DNA of 64,000 nucleotides from Amoebophrya sp. A120. Taxonomy: Eukaryota; Protista; Dinoflagellata. Shown here piece after piece: positions 1 to 10,557 of the stretch. The position numbers and the translations under genes were made by a program. How positions within the stretch are numbered: the first letter of the stretch is position 1; each line of letters opens with the position of its first letter. The notes below the pieces were generated by a model. That model saw only the letters and a list, made by a program, of their open reading frames with translations. It made no database searches and was not told where the DNA came from. Location: the NCBI GenBank assembly GCA_905178155.1, contig CAJINV010000001.1, forward strand, positions 9,259,865-9,323,864. Direction: 5' to 3'.

Positions 1-93
1 TTTGGTTTAGTGTAAAAATAGTGGTCGGAGCATCGTTATCGTATTTTATTCTTTGTAAACAAAATTTAGCATTTTTTCCACTACAAAAACGAA

Positions 94-3000
94 ATGTCGA
101 TACAAATTTCTCATTTTTTTACGAGCGCAGCGTTGCTCGCGCGCACCATGGTGCTTCTCGGCGTGTGGACATCAACTTTCCAGATTTTTGAGAGTGTGCA
201 GGGAGCTACTACTTCGGGTCGTGAAGCATCTGCATCATTATTGCGTGCAGACTTGTTTCCCGAGAGTGCTCCACCTCCAAATCAAGGTACTCCCCCGCAA
301 AACCGACCGGTGAGCATGTTGTCGACTGCGGCGAGTAGTTTTTCTCACCATGATCACTTTACTACCGGCAGGGCAGAGGGTCTCCTTTTATCGCCAGTTG
401 AGGCAGAAATCAAAGTGGACGTCCCTGCGACGGAAATAGATCTGTCGACTTCCGACGACCGGCTTTTGACCTTGGGCAAACCGATCTTCCGCCGGCCCGG
501 TACCATGCAGCGGACCGAACTGCAGGAGCGTCGACAAGCAAGGTTGCCGTTCGGGTATCGCGACATCCTAGAAACGTACGACTCGGTGCCGGTGGAAGTT
601 GAAAACACAGGTGCTGGGCTGCCGGCGTGGTTGTTTCGCGAGGGGACCTTCTACAAGCAGAGCGGCGGGGCCTTCGACTTGCCGGATGATTTTTTCAAAA
701 GCACGAGCAGTCAATCCTCATCGGTCATTGCGTCAAATGAGCAAAAAAGAAGCTTTTCCGTCGGCCCCGCTGCTGTAGGGGGTGAAAACTGTAGCGGTGG
801 TCCCCTGAGTTCCCGCTCAGTTAGTTGCCCACCAGAACAGGCTAGCAGGGTCGTGGAAGGAGGTCTGGGCATGGGACGACCGCAGCAAAACGGAGCTTCC
901 TCGTCTGGGGATACGTCGCAACCACCACCACAGGGCGATGCTCTTGCAAGTAACCCGAAGAACATGCAGTTCCTCGATGGTCTCGCCCACGTGGTTGCAT
1001 GGCGGTTCACTTTCGACCGACAGACCGGACGGCCCGTCGTGCTGTTTTCGAACGGATTTCCGGAAACGGACGCGTACAAGCTGTATGTGAAATCCCAGGG
1101 CAAAGATCGCCGCTTCGCCGGGACAGCCGGCCTGAAGGGTGAGTACATGTTCAACCCAAATGTGAACTTCCAGCGTTGCGAATCGGGCCTGATCGCCCCT
1201 TGCTTAATCGAGGCGCCGCTACAGACCCGCATGGTCTGCATGGATCCAGAGACGTTGCAAACGAAAGATGTCGCTGGGAGATCTCGCGACTTCAACCTGT
1301 TGCTTCAGTCTGCACGGGACTGGACCGCGCAAGGCCGCGCCGAGGCGGATCGGTGTGAGCAAGTGGTTCCTCCGATCGACAACTTTCCGCACGACAGGGT
1401 AGATCCGGTGGGACGCAGTCAGTCCAGCTCGATTCTGGTTGCCGAAGAGGTTTCGAGGGCGACGGACCAACAGCCCGCGACGTACCGAATCAGTAGCGCC
1501 CCGCTGCTGCAGCGACAGCGCGACATAATCGCCTCTTGGGAGCAGCCGAATCGGGAACTTCTGCGGACGGAAACTAACAGTTTGAGACAACTGCGGACAA
1601 ATGCGTCCAGGCCCGACGAGCCGTGCGTCGAAACTGCCAGCGCCAACGCAGGCTTGAGCAGAGCCTGGTGTTTGCTGCGTTTGATCGGCATCAGGCCACG
1701 AGAACGTGACCCTGAGCAGCATCGCCAGCAGCAGGTGAGAGCGGCAGCGAAACAGGGGAAATACGCGAAAGATTTGGTTTTTCTCGCGTCGCATCAACTC
1801 GAGGTCGCTTCCCGTCGGAACTACCACGGCGGGTTCTATTTCCGACCGGGAAAAGAATGCCAAATGGGGTACCGGGTGTACCGCCTCTGCCACGATGAGC
1901 CGGAAACCGTGACGACGTTTACGGACCACAACGGCGTGCCGCAGCCCCCGGAGAACCACCGGGCTAACCGGCACACAACGAGTTCGAACCGGTGCTGCCA
2001 GGTGCTCGCAGACGACGTATTGTGCCGCGTGCGATTCAAGGACCTGTGGCGCGGCCAGGTCCCGCCGGCGAACTGCCCGTGCATGATGCACACGACGATC
2101 GAGACTGAAAATTTTGTCGTGCTCGCGGAGACCAGTCTTCGCTGGCGCCCACACGCCACCTTGAGGAACAAGGCCGCCGGGTTGGCCCCGTTCAACATGC
2201 TGAAGAGGTGGAAGACTCCCTTTTTCGAGCAGTTTGGGTTCGAGGAGTCTCTCCCCCTGGCTTTCCGGATTTACCAAAAGAACCAGGTGGACGGCACAGT
2301 GAAGTTCGTGCGCCGGGTGGTGGCGGACCACCCGGGCCACATCTTCCACGTGGCCAACGCGTACGAGGAGCGGCGGGACAGCGACCTGAAACAGCGGATT
2401 GTGATCGACGCCGACTTTCTGGACGGCTGGGCGTTCGGGCCCGGCCCGGACGTGCACGAGCAGGCCATGGTGCGGTTCGAGATCGAATTTACGCCGATGC
2501 CCTCCTCCGAGGCCGGGTTTTCTTCCAGTACGGAGGGCAGCGTGTCCGGGGAAGTGTACTCGGGCGCCCCGTCCGCGGCCTCTTCCACCACGCCCACCCC
2601 CGGCCAGTGGTTTGGGAGCTATTTCGCCGCACCCTACAACCGATCGAATGACACGGGCACTCCCGGGTTCGCATCCCCCCTACTTGGGTTTGGCGGAGGG
2701 CCTGCGGGACTACTAGCCGGCGCAGCTTCGGCGTCAAGCCGGAGTTCCGGCTCCTTTCCGTTGCTACGTGGGACGAACAACGGTGGCACCACCACCACTG
2801 GGGCTCGTCCTCGGGGGAGTAGCAGTAGCAGCAGCGCAGCAGCGGGAGGTGGACCCGTCTTACCGCAATCGCCGACGCCCAGCCCGGTACCGCCAGGTAG
2901 TAGTACAACCGGAGCAGGGGCGGGACCGCAGCCAGGACAACATCAACCAGGATCGCCACCCCCTCCACGGTCGTTTATGTCGAGCCATCCGAGCTTTTTC

Positions 3001-3438
3001 ATCACCGATCGCGTGCAGAAGAAAACGATTCTCACTGACTCCCCGGGTTTTCCGGTGATCAACCCGGCGTTCTTGCGGAAAAAGCACCGCTACGTCTTCG
3101 CGGTGACGGATAGTGAGTTTTCCAGTATTTCGCAAATCGACACCCTCGCGCAGACAACGACGGTGTGGAGACTGGCCCGGGGAAACGACCACCGCTGGCA
3201 GGTGTCCGAGCCGCAGCTGGTGTGCCGGTACACGCAGGCGCTGCCAGAGGTGGAGCTGGACGGGGTGCTCTTGGTCCCGGCAAACGACATGACGGAGGAA
3301 GTCAGCTATTTGCTTGCTTTTGACCCGAGGACCATGCAAGAACTCGCCCGGATTCGGAGTAAAGTGGACGTGAATTACGGCTTGCACAGTCAATACATCG
3401 GCCCGGAACCGGTGGACGAACTACCTTTGAAGTTTTGA
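94..3438 (+). CDS. Carotenoid oxygenase / carotenoid cleavage dioxygenase (RPE65 family) with low-complexity insertions
   Basis: Family motifs FLDGLAHV, FPVINP..KHRYVF, SEPQLV, DGVLLV. Four candidate Fe-binding His: NFPHD, MMHT, IFHVANAYE, YGLHS. Hydrophobic N-terminus. Confidence 0.85.
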   Translation: MSIQISHFFTSAALLARTMVLLGVWTSTFQIFESVQGATTSGREASASLLRADLFPESAPPPNQGTPPQNRPVSMLSTAASSFSHHDHFTTGRAEGLLLSPVEAEIKVDVPATEIDLSTSDDRLLTLGKPIFRRPGTMQRTELQERRQARLPFGYRDILETYDSVPVEVENTGAGLPAWLFREGTFYKQSGGAFDLPDDFFKSTSSQSSSVIASNEQKRSFSVGPAAVGGENCSGGPLSSRSVSCPPEQASRVVEGGLGMGRPQQNGASSSGDTSQPPPQGDALASNPKNMQFLDGLAHVVAWRFTFDRQTGRPVVLFSNGFPETDAYKLYVKSQGKDRRFAGTAGLKGEYMFNPNVNFQRCESGLIAPCLIEAPLQTRMVCMDPETLQTKDVAGRSRDFNLLLQSARDWTAQGRAEADRCEQVVPPIDNFPHDRVDPVGRSQSSSILVAEEVSRATDQQPATYRISSAPLLQRQRDIIASWEQPNRELLRTETNSLRQLRTNASRPDEPCVETASANAGLSRAWCLLRLIGIRPRERDPEQHRQQQVRAAAKQGKYAKDLVFLASHQLEVASRRNYHGGFYFRPGKECQMGYRVYRLCHDEPETVTTFTDHNGVPQPPENHRANRHTTSSNRCCQVLADDVLCRVRFKDLWRGQVPPANCPCMMHTTIETENFVVLAETSLRWRPHATLRNKAAGLAPFNMLKRWKTPFFEQFGFEESLPLAFRIYQKNQVDGTVKFVRRVVADHPGHIFHVANAYEERRDSDLKQRIVIDADFLDGWAFGPGPDVHEQAMVRFEIEFTPMPSSEAGFSSSTEGSVSGEVYSGAPSAASSTTPTPGQWFGSYFAAPYNRSNDTGTPGFASPLLGFGGGPAGLLAGAASASSRSSGSFPLLRGTNNGGTTTTGARPRGSSSSSSAAAGGGPVLPQSPTPSPVPPGSSTTGAGAGPQPGQHQPGSPPPPRSFMSSHPSFFITDRVQKKTILTDSPGFPVINPAFLRKKHRYVFAVTDSEFSSISQIDTLAQTTTVWRLARGNDHRWQVSEPQLVCRYTQALPEVELDGVLLVPANDMTEEVSYLLAFDPRTMQELARIRSKVDVNYGLHSQYIGPEPVDELPLKF

Positions 3439-4071
3439 TGAGACAATTATGTCACTGACATCGTGACCTGAATGACCACAAAGATGGTACTGAAAGGACT
3501 GTGAGATCAATGAGAATACAGACGAACAGAAGGAGAGAATTTGCTTCTTCTTGCACTTAGAAAAGTTACTTATCGCAGAAGACAGAGAAAGCTCGACGTC
3601 GTGGGTTCTCTTACAGTAGTAGGAATGTTGCATATGGAACGAATGCTTCGGGATAAAATACGCACAGAAACAACGCATACTTACGCGCATACATTTTGCT
3701 TCATTTTTATCTAAAGCTTGACGATAACGCATTTTTTGAGAAAAGGCACTCACTTTTGCGACAACGAAGAGGCGATGGTTTTTGGCTCCTCGGCACATCA
3801 GCGACGCCGTGTAGTTGCACTCAATTTTTTGTTCCCCCCTGCATTGCTAGGGATCATTGCTAAATTCTCACTTTGTCTTCACTCCGGTATGCCTATGTGT
3901 CAGAAGGGAGAGCGTATTGAATTCCGATATTCAGGCTGCGTGCTTGTCGTGCAGTTTACGCCTTCTTTCTACCTTGTTGAAGTAGAAATGTTCAAAAAGA
4001 TATAGGCCCGTAACTGTCGCTTTCGTCTTTGCGCGAAATACAAAGAAGCGTTTTTCGAAAGAACACGGAAG

Positions 4072-5026
4072 ATGACGCGCAACACGGTTTCTTTGGTTGT
4101 GTCTGTGGCGCTCAGCCAGACGTTCAGCTTTGCCGCCGGCAAGGCGAAGACGGAGGCCGACGCTGTCCGCGAAACCTCGCTGGAACGCAACCGTTCCCGG
4201 AAGGAGTTTTTCAAAAAGTACAAGAAGCAGCGGCACCAGAGTTTGGTGTGGCAGCAGGCGGGGTGCATTCTGGATGCACACGAGAAGGTCTGCGACGATG
4301 ACGCGCCGAAGAACAGCAAGTACGCTGAGAAACTACACATCCGGCTGCTGGAGGAAAGTTTGAATCCGTTGTCGCACGAGAACATGTTCCTGTGCTGCTG
4401 TCCCCGGCCCTACAAGACCTGCGGGCGGAACAAGGTCGACAAATTCTGCCTGAAGGAGGTGGCGGCCATGAAAAAGCGCATCACGGGCATCAATCCCGAC
4501 CACGATGACGCGGCGACTGAGATGCAGAAGGAGCTGCAGAAACTGCGCGGGCGTCTCATGGACAACGCGATGAAGGGAAAAGTCAACGAAAAAGACGCAG
4601 TTTTTATGAAGGTTTGGTTTGCCCTGTAGTCTTGGTTCTCGTGAGATCATCTGGTGGTAAAAAATTTTGCGACTTGAGTGACAAAAAATATTTAGAGATC
4701 TCTTGTATCAACAGAAATGTATCGCTCTCCAGTATCCTCACTAAAAAAAAACCCAGGACGAATCCGAAAAGTCGGTGGTGGCGCCGATGGAGCCGTTTAC
4801 CTATTGCACCAAGGAGCAGAAACTGTACCACACCCGGCCGGACTTGAAGTGCGACATGCTCACGTGGCAGTTTGAGGAGCTCTCGGACGGCAACAAGCCG
4901 GAGTTCAAGCAGGACGAGTGCCCCTTCGTGCGGATCCACCAAGCGAAGCGGCAGAAAGCGGACAAGCGCAAGGATCACATGTACAACAAAAAGAACTGGG
5001 GCCCCTTGCAACAGCTCCTCGACTAG
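4072..5026 (+). CDS. Small secreted Cys-rich hypothetical protein, 2 exons (4072-4611, 4757-5026)
   Basis: Signal-peptide-like N-terminus. GT-AG intron 4612-4756 (AAG|GTTTGG...CCCAG|GAC) joins ORF 4072 to the frame of ORF 4775 (...VFMK|DESEKSVVAPME...). Confidence 0.7.
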
Positions 5027-6122
5027 GAAAAAGGAAAAACTCCAACCTCGTTCGCGGTTTGTTATTCTCTGTATCACAGAAAGCAGGTGAAAGTTGTAGT
5101 TGTAGATCAAGCATACAAGAATAGGATCGGTCGCGATCAGTCTATCATGCGTGTTAGGGATGCAACCTTGACGTCGAGTTGTCGGGTCCTGTGGTACTAG
5201 CATGACAAACCGAGGACGAGTGCCTTTTCTCGTTTTACACTGTGAATATGGAGGCTGAGGAGCCAATCGAGCCCGACACGGAGATGGAGAAGGCGGAGCT
5301 GTAGCGGAGCTACGAGCGGGAAAAAAACAAAGCAGGTGCCGACGAGAAAACTAAAAATAAGTAGCAACTACGTAATGTACAACATGTCAGAGTTCGATGT
5401 CAGATAGAGGATGACAAATCTAGCATCTCGGGTGGAAGTTCGTTGATTTCCTTGCTGTCGTACGAATTGACGTGAAGCTTTGTTACTAGTTTTTTTTTTA
5501 CATTTAGGCCAAAGTTGTCGCAGAAAGACCAACTTGTTTCGTTGTCCATGAATTATTTTTTTTCAAAAAATGGTCTCTCTACTACGTGCTTGTTTGACAA
5601 AACGAAAATTTTTGCAGATAGTTCAGTTTTTGCATTTTAAGGTAGAAATAAACTTGTGACGCAGGCGCAGCAGGAGCAGATGAATCTTGAAACTCCGATG
5701 CCTATGCCCAGCAGCCTGTCGGTGCTGCTGAGTATGCTGGCGTTGAAAAACCTTTTCGTTGTAGTTTTTGGGTCAAAGGGAGCAAGTGTGGAAACATCTA
5801 AAACTACGTCAAAGCCGTGCCGGTGCATGGCTAGGTGCACTGGTTTGTTTGGTCTTTTAGTCGACCACTGCAAGTGACGTCTCTGGTGACCGCTTGCTTT
5901 TTGGCAGGCTACGTCCGCTCGGGCGGGTGTGCGGGGTGTCGTTTATGAAAGGTTTATCGTGACTGAACCGAAGGGGAAAAGAAAAGGACAGAAGGATAGA
6001 GTGCAGTCGTAAAAAACCAAGGGCTAGTAGAAGCTAGGGCTCGACTAGTACTCACTTAATTCTATCATTTCTTTTCCAGGATGAAGCGTTTCGTTTGCAA
6101 ATTCACCCAAGCAGACTTTATA

Positions 6123-9100
6123 ATGGCGCCGAAGCGACAGAAGCGCAGCACAACCGGTGAAGCCACTACCGGTCCCGGGACTGATATCGCTGATGAGGGG
6201 CGGTCAGCAAAACGGCGGAAAGAGGACAGTTTTTCACAGAGCGCGTGGCAGGAGGTGGTCGAGGACGAGACAAAATGGAAGCAGATTCGAGACACCGTGA
6301 ACGCGCTTCGGCACGGGCGGGAGGTCGAGGCGTTTCGCTACCGAGCGGTCTCAAGTCTTGGTGAAAACTCCTCCCCACCCGCTGCGGAGCCGCAAGGTGC
6401 GAAGGGAAGTTGGATCAAGGTCCAGGGAATCGCGAGCAAGGGTGGCTCCCTTGGTAAAATCTTTCCTTGTTCCTCCTGCTCCGACGGCAAGAAAGTGCGT
6501 GTCGTGCTGGAAATACTTGGCCGAGAGGAAGGCGCGTCGCACGGTGGCCAGCATCGGGCGACCCAACAAAATTATGTCGCGGGTTCATCTTCCGGATCTG
6601 CTTCCGCGGCTTCGGGGTCTGGAGTTGTAGGTGGCGCCAGCGAGAGTGCAGTTGCCGATACCACGGGGGAGCCGATTTTTCATCTGTCTAGCAACATGGA
6701 CGGCCCCGAAGCCGACGAGCCCCCGGGCTGGTCGACGGAGCCGGCCAAGAAACTGCGAAAAGAGCAAAAGCAAGCGTTGCATTGGATGCAGGACCGGGAG
6801 CAGGAGAGTCGCAGCAAGGAGGGAAAGAAGATGAGTTACGTTGTGGCGAAGCGGCAAGTGAAAAAGGTTTTGTACCCTGACTGGGCGACTGTAAAGTTGC
6901 AGGAGGAGATTGAGTGCTCGGGCGGAGTGTTGGCCGATAAGCCGGGAACTGGAAAAACAGTCACAATGCTGGGGCTCATTCAGGTTCTTGCGTGTTTTTT
7001 GTGTAAAGGCAAGTTATTCGGAGGCCGTTATTCGGAGTCGCACTCTGCGCCCCCTCTCATGTATGTTTCCACGGACGATGCATCGATCGACACTATGGCT
7101 CTTTCATGCAAACTTTTCATTTTACAGGCCGACCTGGCGTCTACAAGCAGCGCGAATGTTCCTTCTTCATCTTTTTTACGTGAAGACCAGACGAGCTGTT
7201 CGACCTGCGGGGTACAACACTGATTCTGGTTCCGGAGCAGCTTCTTTATCAGTGGCAGAGCGAGGTCAAGAAGTTTTTGGAGGGTGCAAACTTGCAGGTG
7301 CGCGTTGTGGTGGATTACATTGAACTCCGACGCCTGACACTAGGTCAGCTGAAGAGCGCCCATATACTGCTCGTGCCGTACTCTCTGTTCGAGCACGAAA
7401 ACATATACAAACGGGAGGTGGATCTCGCAAAAACTTCTGGCTCCTGGAGAAACCTGCACCCCTCGGCGCAAACCCGAGCCGGTTTGCGGAGGTGGGCCAG
7501 GGGCTTGATCTTGGACGAGAGAACGCGCCAGGACTCCGCGGCAGAAGCGGCTGCTAGTAGCACGGCCGCCTCGACAGGAAACAACGCGGCCGCGGGTCCG
7601 GGACAAAATGGAGCGGCTCCTGTCGTCGGGTCGTCTAGCTCGTCCTCCTCGTCATCTCGCGGTGCAGTTGCAGTTGCAAGCGTGGCGACAGGGGCCCCAT
7701 CGTCGTGTGCGGTTGCGGGGGCTTTTGACGATCCCTTTTTTGCTCCGAAGACGGGTAAAGCCAAGCGAGGCGCCAAGGCAAAGGCTGCAGCGAAACCAAA
7801 AACCATCGACGACGAGAAATTTATTCCATTGCAGCTCTGCTACTTTCGCCGCATTGTTTTTGACGAAGTGCACGAAATTAATTGGGTTCGCTCCGACCGG
7901 CCGGAATCTAGCAGCTTCAAACGAGCCCGCTATCGCCACCTCCACGCCGCACACAAGTGGGGCCTCACCGGCACCCTGAACTTAGATCCGGTGGAGAAAG
8001 GAGATCCGCAGGCCGCACGGCTCAGCGGCCAGTTATTGCAAGCCCACCGGGAGGCCCGCTCCACAGAACAAGTAGTGAAATTGACGACCCTCCTGGAGGT
8101 GCCGATACAGGGTCCGGAAATCGAGCCGGTTGCGTATGGCTGGCAAGAAAAGGGGAAGAAGCCGACGGACCTTGCGCCGGCCGAGCAGCACTGGGTGAAC
8201 GAGATGAAGACTTGCCAGCTGACGAACGCGCAGCGATTTTTGGACTTCGCGGTGCGGCAGAACTTCAGCGCCGACGTCGAGTCTATTCGCGTCGTGTCTC
8301 ACGTGAAGACAGTGGAGCTCACACCCTGCGAGCGCCTGTTATACGTGGACAAGCTGAATGAGTTTGAGCACATGGATAGCGTGCACTTTCCCGAATTTTG
8401 GAAGAAGCTGCGGGAAGAGCTGGTGATGCTTTGCTCACACTCCTCCACCAGCATCGACGCGCGGGGTCCCGCGGCTCTCGCAGACGCGCAAAAGCAGAAG
8501 CGCGAGCAGGACTTCCGGGCCGCGGTCGAGCGGGTGCAGCTCCTCTTGAAACAGGGCGAAGTCGTGCGGCGGTGCGAGCCGAGCATGCCCGGAACGTTGG
8601 TCAGGGGAGCGGAAGCGAGAACAGCTGGCGAAAAGGCTTCCATCTGGTGGAAGACTGCGCCGTTGGATATAAATTGCGTGTCCCTCATTGAGCAGGTCGG
8701 GAGCAAGAGCTCCGAAAGCAGTGAGGCTGGTGCTGGTGGACAACCGTCTACGCTAATGGAGGTGCGGACGCGACTCGCGAGCGCTATCGGTCAAAACGCT
8801 GAACTTCCGGTGCAGGACCTGTTCTATGCTGGATTTCGGCTCGCGTCGGGTACACGAGAAGACCGAGCGTCGTTAGCGGAGTTGTTGCGTCCTCGTGTGT
8901 TGCAGGATACGCGCAACGCGTTGAAGCTTAGCAACTACGTTGGCGCTGACTTGTCCAAATTGCGGTATCTTGACCAGACTCTTGTCAGTGTGCGCGAAGA
9001 ACTCCTTGGAGAGACAAAGTCGACGATTTTGGCTGGCATAAGGTGCGAGATTGCGAGGGAGTTACGCGACACGGCAATCCCAAGCATTCTGGCTAATTAC

Positions 9101-9988
9101 CGCTTCAAGTCGTTCTTCGAGGCCAGCGTCGCGAGTTTCGGTGGCGCAAGCGACGCTGGATCTGCACGCGAATGTCCGATCTGCCTCGATGACGCAGCGA
9201 GTGAGTTTGTCGTCACACCGTGCGGACACACGTTTTGCAGGTCCTGCATGGTCGGCGTAGCAGCGAATGCGAATGCCTCTGGCTCTTTCAAGTGTCCTAC
9301 GTGCAGAAACCTTATCCCATCGAAAGCGAGTCTCTTCACGCCGGGCCAAGCGGTAGCGCAGCAGCAAAGAGAGCAAGCCGAATTGTTCGCATTGATGGAT
9401 CACAACCAGGAGCAAAGCGACGAAGCAATCGGGAAAAAGCTAGAGATGCGCCGCCTGCGCGAGGGAAAGGAGGCAACCATGGGGCAGGCTTCGAAGATCG
9501 ACGCGGTCTGCGCACTGCTGAAGGTGATCAAGCAAAAAGACCCGGAAGCGAAGGCGCTCGTGTTCTGTCAGTGGAGCACCCTGCAGGCCAAGTTGTGCAT
9601 GGCGTTTCGAGAGCGACACTTCCGTTTTCGCCAGCTGGTGGGGTCGATCGAGGGGAAGAACGAGCAGCTCCGGCTGTTCCAGGAAAGCAAGCAAGCGGCG
9701 AATGAGGAGAATCCCGACATCCTGCTCTTGAACCTCGAAAGCCAAGTGTCGGGCGCCAATCTGGTGACTGCGTCCTACATCATTTTCATCCACCCATTGG
9801 TCACCTCCGACCCGACTGCAGCGGCGGTGTCCGAGAAGCAAGCCATCGCCCGCGTCCGCCGGATCGGACAACGCAGAAAGGAAATCCACGTGTACCGGTT
9901 CGTCACCAAGGACACCGTCGAGGAGGAAATCTGGGGCGAATTGAAGAAGGCAGGGATGATGCCGGGAACGGAGGAGGCAGGGCAGTAG
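6123..9988 (+). CDS. SNF2-family helicase with internal RING finger (RAD5/RAD16-like); intron(s) within ~6984-7190
   Basis: Motifs LRKEQKQALHWM and GGVLADKPGTGKT (I); TTLILVPEQLLYQW (Ia, upstream of ORF 7277 in the same frame); IVFDEVH (II); WGLTGT (III); C3HC4 RING CPIC..CGHTFC..C..CPTC; KALVFCQW; QAIARVRRIGQ (VI). Confidence 0.9.
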
Positions 9989-10557
9989 CATTGTTTATTG
10001 CTGTCGCTCGGAGCGCTATATGGATGTATTGATTCTATGCTACGATTAGGTATGTGGACGCAGAGATTGCCCCCGGTTGACCATCGCAGAATTTTTGGGC
10101 GCAGCTGCACGAAACTACGTGCGCCGTGCTTTTGCGTCCGGGTTTTATAGCGAAAAGCAGTTCCTGACTTTATCAAATTGAAATGTTAGTTAATGTTAGT
10201 CAATGTTTGTACGTGAGAGTCTCTCCGTGTGCATATCTCGAACTTAGATCAACAACAAGATAACTTCGACAGTTGTCACGTATAAATATTGTGTCAGTGT
10301 TCTCCGGGATGTGTAAAGGGCTCGCATGGATCATCACAAATTTGTTCCGACTATCTGTTTTTTTGATTGCGCGCGTAGTTGCAGCTCGTCAGATCGAAGA
10401 TTTATTCAAAGCTGTGTGCGAGAAAAGGGTTTGGATCAAACCAGCTCATGACTTCAATGAACTGGTAGTAATATAAAAAAGGTCTCAAGTTGAAGTTTTG
10501 AAAACAGCCACCGACTACTGAAAACACCCGCATACACATACGTCGTCAGTCAGGAAA

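Noticed and set aside
5140-5420. Possible intergenic introner remnant (GCATGACAAACC at 5200)
   Set aside because: No matching TIRs or 5-bp TSD could be found.
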